Of a stretch of DNA of 60,472 nt, positions 20,601 to 26,848 are shown piece by piece; position 1 is the first letter of the stretch; every line of letters starts with the position of its first letter. Under the pieces are notes generated by a model. It worked only from the letters and a program-made list of their open reading frames with translations, had not been told where the DNA came from and did no database searches. The position numbers and the translations under genes are program-made. The DNA is from a virus (taxonomy: Duplodnaviria > Caudoviricetes): positions 1 through 60,472 of the IMG/VR virus record IMGVR_UViG_3300026519_000014. One strand, 5' to 3'.

Positions 20601-23001
20601 AATAACAATAAATCCTTCTAAATTGGAAGATAAAAAATATGTTGAAACTCTAATTAAAGAGGTAGGAAATGAAAATATAGAATATATTAAAAAACAAGCT
20701 ATTAGAAGGCAGGAATACTATAATAAAGCTTTAGAAAGAGAGCAAATAAGAATAGATACTAATCCTGACTTATCTAAAGAAGAGAAGAAACAAGCTATTA
20801 AAAAATGGGCAGAAGAAAATAAATTTAAATATCAAATATCTATCCCAAGAAAAATAAATACCAGAGGAGAACCTACTGGGTTTTATGATAGCAAGTTTGA
20901 AATAATTCAAAATAACCCAGACTTAAAAGTATTTCATGAATATACAATAGATTTACTTTCTAAATTAGGTAAATATTCTACTAACAAAAGAACCCCTGTA
21001 AATAGTATTCCTTTAATGCAAAAGGAGTTTTGGGAGGCGGCTAAAGGGAAAGACAGTCAAGGTATTTTTAACCTTATGGCTGATGCCATGAAAAAAGGGT
21101 TGAGGGCTAAAGGTGCTTATGAAGATTATATTACAGAAATAACTTCTGGAAAAAGAACCCTTTCTAATAATTTTAATGAAGTTACTAAAAGACAGTTGGC
21201 TGATAGATTAGTAGTTAAAGAATTACAGTATAAGCAGAAAACAAATAAAAACCCTACTAAAACACAAATTAAAGAATGGAAAGCTGATATTATGGATGAG
21301 CTTACTAAAGAAAGCTCTTTAGACATTGGTAAAATATTAAAAACTTATGCTGCCACCGCTATTGCCTATAAGCATAAAAGTCAAGTAGAAACACCTTTAA
21401 GAATAGCTGAAAAATTATTAAAAGAAGTAAAAGCTGCTGAAAGAAGTTCTTCTGGAGCTATTATTAATGACTTGGTAAATAAAGGTATAGATGAACAAGG
21501 GCTTATCAATATTAATAACATGGTTACCAGTACTTTAAATCATTGGTTTGGTGTTAAAAAGCCTGAAAAAATAAACAAAAAAAGTAAAGTAAAATATACT
21601 TCCGAAGAGAAAAAAACCAAAATTAAATTAGATAAAATAATAGCTACAGCTAAGGAGAATATTGAAAAATTAAACAAAAGCTTAAAAAATGCTTCTATAA
21701 CAGAAGATAGATATATAAAAAAGATAGCTGTAGAACAAAATGCTATAGATACTGCTCAAAAACAATTAGATAAACTAGGAGGTGTGATTTCTAAAGAACG
21801 TATCTTTAAAGGTACCATGAGATATATGCAACTTTTAGGTATGGGTTGGAATGCTGTAGCTGGAATAGCTAATTTAGGTTTTGGGCTTATTTCAAATACT
21901 AATGAGGGAATAGGAGGAGAATACTATACTACAAAAGAATTTTTTAATGCTCTTGGGGATGTTATAAAAGGGACTTTATTTGGTATAAAAACTGAAGATG
22001 GTAAAAAACAATCTATTCTTATGAAAAGATGGGGAATCTTACAAAAATCTTCACAAGAAACTTTCAAAAGAAAAACAGCAACCAATAAGTTACTTAATTT
22101 TTTAAATCCTTATAAGATTCAAGATACTACTGAGTATCTTAATCAAGCTCCTATAATGGTATTAATGCAGAAAAAAACTCCTGTATTAGATTCTAAAGGA
22201 GAGCCTGTAGTAATAAATGGAACTAAAATAAATTTTTATAATGCTTATGATAAAGATGGAAATTGGAAAACAGGTATTTTAGGAGAAGAAAAAAACTATC
22301 AAAAACAGAAGGACGACCTTAGAATACTTATAGGAGATTTAATAGCCAGAAATCATGGTAATTATAATAATGAGGGCAGACATTTAATGGTGAAAGATAG
22401 TTTAATAGGGCAATCATTAACTCAATTTAGGACTTGGATGTTAGAGGGCATAGGAAACAGATTTAGAGAGGAGTATTTTGATAGAATTACAGGAACTATT
22501 AAAAAAGGTAGATATGTGACTATTTATGAAGATTGGGAGAGAGCAGCTAAATTATTATATAGTGCTAAAACATGGAAAGAGTTATCTATTGTAGATAGAG
22601 CTAATGTAAGAAAAACATTAGCAGATATAGGAATGCTATTATCTTTTATGGGGTTTGTTACTTTACTTAAAGGTGCAGCAGAAGATGAAGACGATGAAGA
22701 TAAATTAGCAGTATTGCATTTACTTATTAATATTGGTTTAAGGATGCAAACAGATATAGCTTTTTATGTTAATCCAATGGAAGCTGAAAGACTTACTCAA
22801 TCTACTATTCCTGTAGCATCTTTAGTTTCCAGAGCTTCAGGATTAACGCAAGCTATGTATAAATATATAATGGACGAAGATGAAATAACTAATGGAATAT
22901 ATGCAGGGGAAAGCAATTTATTACATAAAGGATTTAACTCTATACCATTTGGAAAAGCTATATTACAAGTTCATAAAACAGCAACAAGACCATTCAGATA
23001 A
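8602..23001 (+). CDS. Giant virion-packaged DNA-dependent RNA polymerase polyprotein with a zincin protease domain
   Basis: 4799 aa. RIPNQG...GSDFDVDKLY catalytic loop (DFDVDK at 16300-16317) as in crAss-like/phi14:2-type RNAPs; HEVTH...NLKEFVA zincin motif (18979-18993); Gly/Ala-rich hydrophobic N-terminal region. Confidence 0.9.
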   Translation: MALTEEQVNAALNGEVKPASEASTEPKLTEEQVEAAMNSANILYGWGQGEQVNPDDFGFNLKTGDFDNFLYRAQDQGWGVQLGNAAARIVPNAALEIIGGVGSIFDFEDYLNQDNEVGNSLVRASNEGKEAINEAFPIYRERPGTSLDIGDSAWWFENGSGIVSSAAAFVGMGMGTGAVLSKGAQALQWVAKAGGMVRTAVRIRKASKLIIPGLNTLALNQAEGMLTATEIYDETLKRGIKQGLSQDEAKRIAAASASHSINVNRANILLNATSVAAITKGVNKGVTRQILKKEAMGRAVALESAQEYAEEVINLYAEKEGKRKADFDLLGKYYETKPTTWAERLSNTVFSIEGLEAGILGAVGGAAQTGFTHAGRNIAINGKSKNAELNERIQQQQSFISNLDGVLKSQGTKNFTTNSAGLDELRKSVEERNNLLALAEEYTKKGEEVPSKLATKILISGDAILTDQALANFQQGTTEYLESWYKDVQKATVEEAVAMGYTGEQLNENSPVHYSKMAERALTKIKEFEKIYQQHYAYKGLGSIMANRIAAKATIESIKEANIELDKLKTEAEEFNKTLPLYGNEFRVLVEDFDRVSKTGTPKAKRYITQAKKKRGLQPYLKAVERQKNIIKELKNLEKEYKKLISDEYQNKLKKIEEEIEKKEIEKQEKAVVKAKEDKDLAEIQDDTEDQAEAVNVPEASVNTPIEETSPEVEGHRGYVGPIVEISEEEAEKQAILEEIIGEVKRSYEEEIKKEVGISETEQREEIAEENAKYIEDIQESRDIAEGKSFDVKDQTTIKNNIVAIDEKLSSQNKTDNKASSVAYLAETILSKENTEIDPIVFNYNEVNVGTPVTLRVDTSYTGNVYYKGNEVPWQGLKSSLTEQELLEKTPIVIMVGDKTIGYVHDTEWFTLYNIGKGALEKSETEPSLKEKKIAEEKLAEEKERNRAIRKSVLEKGSINTTISYRGNGIIPTIEQGTKPVSEALPGIKIAVIKKNTLSDYEDLNILNRETITNGERVKDGYTVAIVPVNKNEVGEEQYIAYPLLRQKLNTKAKSSIVKATTILMKSLYYPKAISSEETKIADTIKELIDVDIRTIEGFEKYLTLFTHNTYPEGSGNLSQFMLTQNENKYAINVTSKGSAGVSFGKGGKQITKTTKNVIIPQMFKSNPDTYIEGLENIVEHLYANINDALLDADVTIPVITEENKVETLFSGKYTEYVKTYGLHTNATYHEIGTEENPKRVYTIQSVISYDDSFSGFIPKSNQNETVAATEKPDIDKETVLKEPFEPSEKVKKAPPGLEFMDDFDFTHLEDKNKDIESEELFAPYTGKTVSDYIIEGIPAHTQNLLIDNIIFNVLNTVENDDLVLSRVQEALSYLTEVKFPMIKSESWKLKELVRLRLQNLTNTVIQNEEESLDSTENKDEARSVEEKDQAWGIDILTINPKDSLSSRLKQLFSFIPLVNKEDGTPLRTKEGLIVFAGFDKTYEIVMSELSTNFDKDTPAPRTFDSMMDTLLAAKDIYTFLPFVVDRLKKAPRQLKNEFMVNADKHYTVMHHVWKKQTSDGKFYYNVLNDNANSRTLIIEQTWRNNNLQVSRISNNLLANGEVVEELKAEFDKWITKDKQIEDKKVLKWLSDMGITINQKTLDSFKEEDIYGLSYVKHFTTKEGIFKNIREALNSIKDGNELLETTLYRMSAFSRLAAQEGLNNSMYIPDSFRSGDSNIYGYQEQKWAVKRTSDLKYDEEELTRLAKNPITKNISWLKKLGKLDPSTGKFVIDKESRFYKNFSFGYVGLAALQEEGKFYANKKKLSELSSSAHEEVKKGFFENRALADKFGNRVVRFFFPTMSDKSTMFTLKVEPIKIAYDINGKLTKETIDALYDTILIPEINRMVNHIEGETNIKNYDQGAMMFYSVPELNNIPEIWNGTGSTRRLNLKVGRKGIEGDTVKKIIRENFEKHLNNLVEEQLKDWESLGLYNADTHVFRAGSEYKEYLDGLVYGEIGSSEREFNKAKLAAADFALNYMAANANFQVLYAGDAAQYYVGEPTFKENIKTEEGEFKKGDKIPVNHSLYYTTIAKNTFINIGKRLTLLAGPRRSPVFIEGKTTYRQGFVEDKRTASLAIDYISSIYEDNPEFIEKYKNIVGTDAVELITVSEKIEILYRDGKLDNTDYKRLLEIAKKGGDFSSSDLGKLKVFQADKPLYAGKAVEPNSLVERRIYIKSAAITLIPQFTRGLEIDKLRVLMENKKNPVNRIAFSSAVKVGNVKNPLNIWNEDGSIKENLSFSEDQILTLNRNEHGIQQDIPYKEKDSIKRVVQASKLSFVNLLNRDILVDSKKIKGRELYERFQKNWESLYSLAKEEFFEELEVDVSKDVWIPNSKKLSRYIKREAELRNLSLQDLEGLELREDGTFELPLWANGANKQFEALLNSLITNKILEQSIPGKAYVLASEEGFQKQVKTIEDVLEEQNIKDIESSGIVFTEFWNGKSLMPSIEGSNNQVFIPWPFKDVPMEHYIKDGKIDMSRIDADLFTMYGMRIPNQGPNSTGNLEIAGFLPEVMGDIIIAPRDFVTQMGSDFDVDKLYTYRYNYIVTDNGDIRRIKEEYLNPEKLKLRLSKAEKRLNEIILLDLKKDRQREKNLLYIQIEKLNKLLEPNALAKLKFQDDIVKIHRLLNADPSNFVQRQIKAPLGEGRLKEYSDIIENSKDSSFFSPYSSIYQRNKFKNASSGNKAIGVFAIANTFNASAQTVEGPLKIVDGDKDLYVRFGNQVSYGVLNNELALDNKTYISENISNYLSVAVDNEKIQALHNLNINDVTYGIVNLLTQLGFTHDVISSFLGQDILFELVKKVEEFQDKGESSISALNKAFSVLEKDSKYSEKVFDALDEDNKNKILKKYADSSSAFLFEVIKKGEDHPDYKITQKAILKKFKFLSKKAVSLQNLQRITNIDSSGIGKNLIESKVKEEAFVEALTDKNIIGASKLFGEISYTPLKGYQQFGNIYFKPTSISGFAVIYGVIPNNRLWNQSRYFPYTDKAINDVVKTIIDISNIREFDEYQNVSIESRIFNAIKSYYFSNLGELGFVDTSLQKDTGRLVRYNLLSEEGVLQNIIAKYSNTSLFINNPFLNKLSIRKRKAGTPGSINFSSRDTDVVSKHNIYGGLIKLLNSTKELPEQIQINNDKVKLITEQDLARALIVSQYATGGIQKYTQFLRYIPLDYLKKIGFTESARNLDFAKLLNEGRGNNKFQLPYMVIQFFQHNPYLLNTPEVSIREFVTKDAEKEEDITRFSVPLPLNKAKIEDPTLLDPMVKLKGENKDHVFLFDGNEYIRLDNLGSVDFNEYQSKEITRSVIYNNIAKDKKGVPVSYYDQVAANTPKKPIINKADQLNHITLDQKYGFNEAEPTISKTLMAISNNGPTAHRALAEDYLQVFKDGEYKLVIDRNLPAKGRHIRSEKTVFINPDLLTGDEDYSKTFLHEVTHMLTVEVLENPVTEQQKKAKASLTRLLNAYRKTLKSGELELVKKQVSEAKEKGVSPKLTEEQLVRVYPAINLKEFVAGFMTDVKVQNHLNKVDFNENTTYGQEYEKRLLKILNSIKGFELTSTSAQAIREVIALIDYQDEVKLNPVVLAKMENSTSNSVDANSRVRKKSIKHTEEDVGIKSSIAQAEANFLEDNYENMITSAINKAVDRMAPIDENNIPPEPTTFEDLPAATKKEKDEEAPISDLVHPSIKNKQAILKALNKKVNRDKKRMHDSTDPKVGVYYENRIIRTKEKIAEIEEQIAAITGMNTYSTTLKIAEEDLSYVDTLVSSDIRLITSEDMEIVDSIITLWKNFKKEEFVEKIYSSLDTEKDFNNIKNKAESLEDKLHDIAIEKTKSFIKRELPKATSEDIKNLMAISDDIGVASSYIYDLSRVDNVIAQAMSKSILRTNDYITEEVTKVAEEIDPILQNAEKALKKLGLTFDVFMQKDEKDRYTGRIIMPYSQKFFNLLKANSEKAFSPEASKEDRQAYREWRKLTQITINPSKLEDKKYVETLIKEVGNENIEYIKKQAIRRQEYYNKALEREQIRIDTNPDLSKEEKKQAIKKWAEENKFKYQISIPRKINTRGEPTGFYDSKFEIIQNNPDLKVFHEYTIDLLSKLGKYSTNKRTPVNSIPLMQKEFWEAAKGKDSQGIFNLMADAMKKGLRAKGAYEDYITEITSGKRTLSNNFNEVTKRQLADRLVVKELQYKQKTNKNPTKTQIKEWKADIMDELTKESSLDIGKILKTYAATAIAYKHKSQVETPLRIAEKLLKEVKAAERSSSGAIINDLVNKGIDEQGLININNMVTSTLNHWFGVKKPEKINKKSKVKYTSEEKKTKIKLDKIIATAKENIEKLNKSLKNASITEDRYIKKIAVEQNAIDTAQKQLDKLGGVISKERIFKGTMRYMQLLGMGWNAVAGIANLGFGLISNTNEGIGGEYYTTKEFFNALGDVIKGTLFGIKTEDGKKQSILMKRWGILQKSSQETFKRKTATNKLLNFLNPYKIQDTTEYLNQAPIMVLMQKKTPVLDSKGEPVVINGTKINFYNAYDKDGNWKTGILGEEKNYQKQKDDLRILIGDLIARNHGNYNNEGRHLMVKDSLIGQSLTQFRTWMLEGIGNRFREEYFDRITGTIKKGRYVTIYEDWERAAKLLYSAKTWKELSIVDRANVRKTLADIGMLLSFMGFVTLLKGAAEDEDDEDKLAVLHLLINIGLRMQTDIAFYVNPMEAERLTQSTIPVASLVSRASGLTQAMYKYIMDEDEITNGIYAGESNLLHKGFNSIPFGKAILQVHKTATRPFR

Positions 23002-23032
23002 AAAAAGGGAGAAAATTACTTCTCCCTTTTTT
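23001..23032. terminator. Bidirectional intrinsic terminator where the late and early/middle units converge
   Basis: AAAAAAGGGAGAA-aattac-TTCTCCCTTTTTT between convergent stop codons. Confidence 0.9.
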
Positions 23033-23491
23033 CTATAGAAACCACTCTTTTTTAGGGGCTTCTAATAATTCAGCATGATCTTCTATTATTATATTTAATT
23101 TTTCTTCAAGATACTTTTTTAATCTGGGGTCTTTATCTAACCCAAGAATAATATCATGGGTAGCAGGTAGCCCGGAATTTTTTTTGATATGCTGTTTAAT
23201 AGAACCAGGAATAGTACTATATTTACCTGTTACAAAGGCTTTTATAGTTTTTGTTAATCTGGCAGGAAAGTTATAAATAATGATATTATCATTTTCTATC
23301 TTCTTATCAAAAGCAGCAACATTAAAAGCAGTATAATGAACGTTAGCTATATTATAAGTGAAACAAATTAATTTTAAATTTTTAATATCAAGTTTTACAG
23401 ATTTTAAATTGCTTTTTCTTTGATAACTTCCAAAACTACAAAAATTGACCCCTGCTAATGGAAGTAAATAATACGTTACTAAGTTATGCAT
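23033..23491 (-). CDS. Hypothetical phage protein
   Basis: 152-aa ORF ending at the terminator. Confidence 0.7.
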   Translation of the reverse strand: MHNLVTYYLLPLAGVNFCSFGSYQRKSNLKSVKLDIKNLKLICFTYNIANVHYTAFNVAAFDKKIENDNIIIYNFPARLTKTIKAFVTGKYSTIPGSIKQHIKKNSGLPATHDIILGLDKDPRLKKYLEEKLNIIIEDHAELLEAPKKEWFL

Positions 23492-23774
23492 TAAAGCAAT
23501 ATTTAAAAAGTTCTTAAATATTAAAAGGTAATTTTTGCCCTACTAAGATAAAGGGATACTAAGAAATAAGCAAAAACAACAAACCCTATTTAAAGGGTAT
23601 TTAGTCTATCTTAGATAGTCTTTCTTAACCAATAATATTGTAATAAATTTTCCAAAGTTTTCCATTATAATATATTTTAATGCAGTATAGTGGCTAAAGT
23701 TAATAGCCTTGCAAGGTCTTGTTGTAATTTTATGGTTAGTCATTAAGACTACTAGTCTTGTCCGTTGTAGTGCA

Positions 23775-23993
23775 CTAGTACCTGTGAGCATTTTGAGCGT
23801 TATTAATAGCTCTCTTTAGTTCATTTGCTAATACAGTCATTTTCTTGTCATCTATTTCTATAACAACAAATTCTTTTCTGTTCCAATGCTCTCTAACCTT
23901 TATTTTAGATTGATCACTTTTTAGTCTTTTTTCTTCTGTTCCGTTGATTTCGTATACTTTAATTAGGTTAGTACTTTCAAATCTGCTGCTCAT
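23775..23993 (-). CDS. Small hypothetical protein (cassette gene)
   Basis: Likely start MSSRFEST; the stop is followed directly by a TGCACTACAAC core. Confidence 0.7.
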   Translation of the reverse strand: MSSRFESTNLIKVYEINGTEEKRLKSDQSKIKVREHWNRKEFVVIEIDDKKMTVLANELKRAINNAQNAHRY

Positions 23994-24097
23994 ATTTTTC
24001 TTTTTTTGTTGTTTATAACTAATATTAAATTTTTTTTTCACGTTCTTCTTTTTTTTGCTGATACTTCTAAAATTTAGGAATTGCTAAATATTTGAAT

Positions 24098-24373
24098 TTA
24101 ATTATCAGTATTATTATCAGATATTAATCCTAGGTTACTTTCATTTATTCCTTTCAATAAAGTATAACCTATAATATTAGGTTTGTATGTTCTTTTATAA
24201 CTTGGAAGTCCTTTAAGAGTTACATTAACCAAAGGCGTCCATTGGCTGTCCCACACACTACCATCTTTGTTAATACTTTTTAACCAATTGTATATTTTTA
24301 TACAGTCTTCAGCATCTTTTTTGGTGTCAGGATTTTTTAGTTGTTTTTGTAATCTATCTAATAATTTTCCCAT
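24098..24373 (-). CDS. Small hypothetical protein (cassette gene)
   Basis: 91-aa ORF inside the array. Confidence 0.7.
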   Translation of the reverse strand: MGKLLDRLQKQLKNPDTKKDAEDCIKIYNWLKSINKDGSVWDSQWTPLVNVTLKGLPSYKRTYKPNIIGYTLLKGINESNLGLISDNNTDN

Positions 24374-24433
24374 GACTTAAAACGTTTATAATAATGTATT
24401 TTATTAGCAGCGTTGTAATTAACATAATCCTAT

Positions 24434-24640
24434 CTAAAATTCTTCACCACATTTTGTGCATTTATTTAAAACGGCATCATCTCCAATTACAACATAATCA
24501 AATGGATGATTACAATTTTTATTGCTAATTTTTTGTAGTTTAATCCTTGCAATAGTTATCCTATCGCTAATTTCTTCGTGAATTGCATCCTCAAACTCAC
24601 GGAGTACCTCATCTATATATTCTGTATTATCCGTATTCAT
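24434..24640 (-). CDS. Small protein with a C-terminal Zn-ribbon (CxH...CxxC)
   Basis: CNHPF...KCTKCG; followed by an ATTACAAC core. Confidence 0.7.
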   Translation of the reverse strand: MNTDNTEYIDEVLREFEDAIHEEISDRITIARIKLQKISNKNCNHPFDYVVIGDDAVLNKCTKCGEEF

Positions 24641-24675
24641 AATTTATATAGTTAAATTTGTTTTTTGTTTACTTT

Positions 24676-24721
24676 CCTAATAACAGCAACTTTTGTTGCG
24701 CTTGACCCCTGTTAGCAACCA
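24676..24721 (-). repeat. Short attC-like site
   Basis: Minus strand TGGTTGCTAAC-AG...GCAAC-aaaa-GTTGC-T-GTTATTAGG. Confidence 0.55.
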
Positions 24722-24723
24722 TA

Positions 24724-24957
24724 CTACAATAGTTGGTTGCATTTAGCGGATGGGTCTTTACTCCCTCCTCCATATTTACATTCATCACAATCAATCTTAG
24801 TGTTATATTCACAATCATATTCTATGCCCCATCCTATGTCTGGTATTTCATATCCTTTGCATTTTGGGTGTCTTGTGTCAGTACGGTTGCTAACAATAGA
24901 TATACCCAAATTGGCAAATCTTTTGTTGACTGAAACATTTTCCTTTTTATTACACAT
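24724..24957 (-). CDS. Cys-rich small protein whose N-terminus is encoded inside an attC-like hairpin
   Basis: MCNKK...LGISIV|SNRTD...CDECKYGG...C; the GTT of the core is the Val codon. Confidence 0.7.
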   Translation of the reverse strand: MCNKKENVSVNKRFANLGISIVSNRTDTRHPKCKGYEIPDIGWGIEYDCEYNTKIDCDECKYGGGSKDPSAKCNQLL

Positions 24958-25026
24958 TGTTTTAAATTTTTAATTACTATTATTTTAATTGCCAATCAGT
25001 GTGTATATCCCAATCCGTTGGTTGCT
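24885..25026 (-). repeat. attC-like site (~142 bp) with a start codon in its loop
   Basis: Arms pair: gatatac 24899-24905 with gtatatc 25003-25009, attggcaa 24910-24917 with ttgccaat 24989-24996; cores AGCAACCAAC and GTTAGCAACC. Confidence 0.7.
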
Positions 25027-25084
25027 ATTTAATTTAAAAAAAGCTCATCCAACTGTTCAGCCATAGCTTCTGCTGGCCACTGAT

Positions 25085-25506
25085 GCCCAACACCGTATAC
25101 AATTAAAAAATTGGAGTTAGTCATTTTTAGAAGTTTTAGTTGGGTCAACCATGAAATAATAAATGTTTTTTGTTTCTTTATCATACCTTCTTTTAATTTC
25201 TTCATGCCATTTTTTAATAAGATACATGGCAACCTTTAATTTGTAGAAACCACAATTCCTTTTATTTAAAGGATAATTAATGCTTGGATTGAATTTTTCG
25301 TAATTTCCAACTTCCGTACATATTCCTATCCATGACCTTTTACCAAGAATACCAATCTTTGACAATGACATTTGGGGATAGTAAACTTTATCTCCATTAT
25401 TTTTCTCTTCTACTTTAATTCTAAATTTTGGGTCTGTGAATGTTCTCATTTTTTATATTTTTAGTTAACTAATTTTCTAATTATATACTTTTTTCGTTAC
25501 CCACCA
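25085..25506 (-). repeat. attC-like site whose arms enclose a whole gene
   Basis: gtatacaattaaaaaattggagtta (25095-25119) is the near-complement of taactaattttctaattatatac (25466-25488); cores GTGGGTAAC and GTTGGGC. Confidence 0.65.
25117..25449 (-). CDS. Hypothetical protein lying between the arms of an attC-like site
   Basis: 110-aa ORF with an A-rich leader. Confidence 0.7.
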   Translation of the reverse strand: MRTFTDPKFRIKVEEKNNGDKVYYPQMSLSKIGILGKRSWIGICTEVGNYEKFNPSINYPLNKRNCGFYKLKVAMYLIKKWHEEIKRRYDKETKNIYYFMVDPTKTSKND

Positions 25507-25722
25507 TTAAGGCAGTTCGGTAATTATATAGTTTATAGCCATATTTATATCAGTTTCAATCTGAAATTTAAAGCCTTTGAAATCATACACTTTTTTATCC
25601 TTTACTCTTTCAAGGCTGTATTTTTGCAATAGTTCATAAATCTCTGGGAGTGTAAGATTATCCACGTTTGCTTCTATATTTAAGTTTATTGTCATCATAG
25701 TTTCTATTTTGCCTGCGCTCAT
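25507..25722 (-). CDS. Small hypothetical protein
   Basis: 71-aa ORF; the stop is followed directly by a TGGTGGGTAAC core. Confidence 0.6.
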   Translation of the reverse strand: MSAGKIETMMTINLNIEANVDNLTLPEIYELLQKYSLERVKDKKVYDFKGFKFQIETDINMAINYIITELP

Positions 25723-25840
25723 GTGCTTTTAATCTATTTTCTCGTTTGATATCAGCCATCCATTGCAGCACTTGAATAATTCCAATGGTTTCATATCCTT
25801 GTTTCTGCAACTCTTTTAATCTTTTTTCAAGTTCTTTCAT
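25658..25840 (-). CDS. Small hypothetical protein
   Basis: 60-aa ORF overlapping the next gene. Confidence 0.5.
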   Translation of the reverse strand: MKELEKRLKELQKQGYETIGIIQVLQWMADIKRENRLKAHERRQNRNYDDNKLKYRSKRG

Positions 25841-25865
25841 TTTTTTCAGTTACCCATAATAAAAA

Positions 25866-26123
25866 TTACTTACGTGTGTATGTGTCAATACCACCCTCAT
25901 AGTTTTCATAACCTAAAGCCATTGCAATACAAAACATTTTAGTTCTTGCGTTACATTGTTCCATATAGTCAAGAGCTTCATATAGTATTTCAATCTTCTT
26001 AGCTTGTGTTAATTCACTAAATTGTTTTGCTATAAAAGCTTGTGTGTACTTCTTTTTAACTTCTGTTTTCATAATCCGTAATTTTAAAATATGCCTAACA
26101 ATAAATATAGCAGAGTGGGGCAT
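25866..26123 (-). CDS. Small hypothetical protein (cassette gene; true start may be MKTE)
   Basis: The frame crosses the GTTAGGCAT core; an ATGGGTAAC core follows the stop. Confidence 0.65.
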   Translation of the reverse strand: MPHSAIFIVRHILKLRIMKTEVKKKYTQAFIAKQFSELTQAKKIEILYEALDYMEQCNARTKMFCIAMALGYENYEGGIDTYTRK

Positions 26124-26225
26124 CGTCCCAAATCGCCATATAGTACCTTTTATTTAATTTAGTGCAAGATTGAAAGTTGGTACTGCTATCTTCCCACCTT
26201 GCCATATTTTTGTAACGTTATATTT
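26091..26225 (-). repeat. Best-preserved attC-like site (~135 bp)
   Basis: Minus strand AAATATAAC...AAATATGGCAAGGTGGG...AGTACC...GGTACT...CCCACTCTGCTATATTT..GTTAGGCAT; GTTAGGC fits the GTTRRRY consensus. Confidence 0.75.
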
Positions 26226-26340
26226 AAGTTTGCTTAAATAAGGAACATTTTTTTAAACATACTGAATCCGTCAACCATGAATCACAACTTTTCCATGCGC
26301 CAGTATCCTTGCAAACATCCGCTCGTGCCTCGCTAAACAT
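26224..26340 (-). CDS. 38-aa four-cysteine peptide (mini cassette), below the ORF-track cutoff
   Basis: MFSEARADVCKDTGAWKSCDSWLTDSVCLKKCSLFKQT, bracketed by GTTATGTTTA and TAAATATAAC. Confidence 0.55.
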   Translation of the reverse strand: MFSEARADVCKDTGAWKSCDSWLTDSVCLKKCSLFKQT

Positions 26341-26359
26341 AACAACTGCTATGTCAGTA

Positions 26360-26848
26360 TTATTTTTTCTCTATATCTGACACAATTTCACACTCGGAAG
26401 ATGGAACAAAAAACATATTTTGTCCTTCCGAAACTGTAATACCTAACTTCATATCCTCAAAATCAACACCAAGCAATATAAAATCTACAGATTCAGCGTA
26501 GTATCCGTTACTTTCTCCATACCATCTAATATCTACATATCCTTTAATTGTTGCGAATTTATAATAAGTCCAAGTACAAGACCCCCGAAGATTCCCTTGC
26601 TTTGTTAGTTCAATGTCTTCTTTAGAAGATGGCTCATAATTAGAAACTTCTTCTGCTTTTAGTATTGGGCCCCCAACCAAATCTTGTAAGTCACCAACTA
26701 TATCTTGGATCGAGACACTTTCGCAACAATCTTGCCTGTGATACATTTTATATTACTTTCCATCTTCGCAAGTGAATATTATCTCGTCATTATCTATTTT
26801 TTCTACTTTTGTAAGTGTTTTGCCAATCAATTCTTTTAATCTTGTCAT
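26360..26848 (-). pseudogene. Phage protein (YHxQDCCESV type) interrupted by an in-frame TAA
   Basis: [44 protein letters not shown]...; the stop is at 26753-26755, in frame with the 128-aa ORF. Confidence 0.7.
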
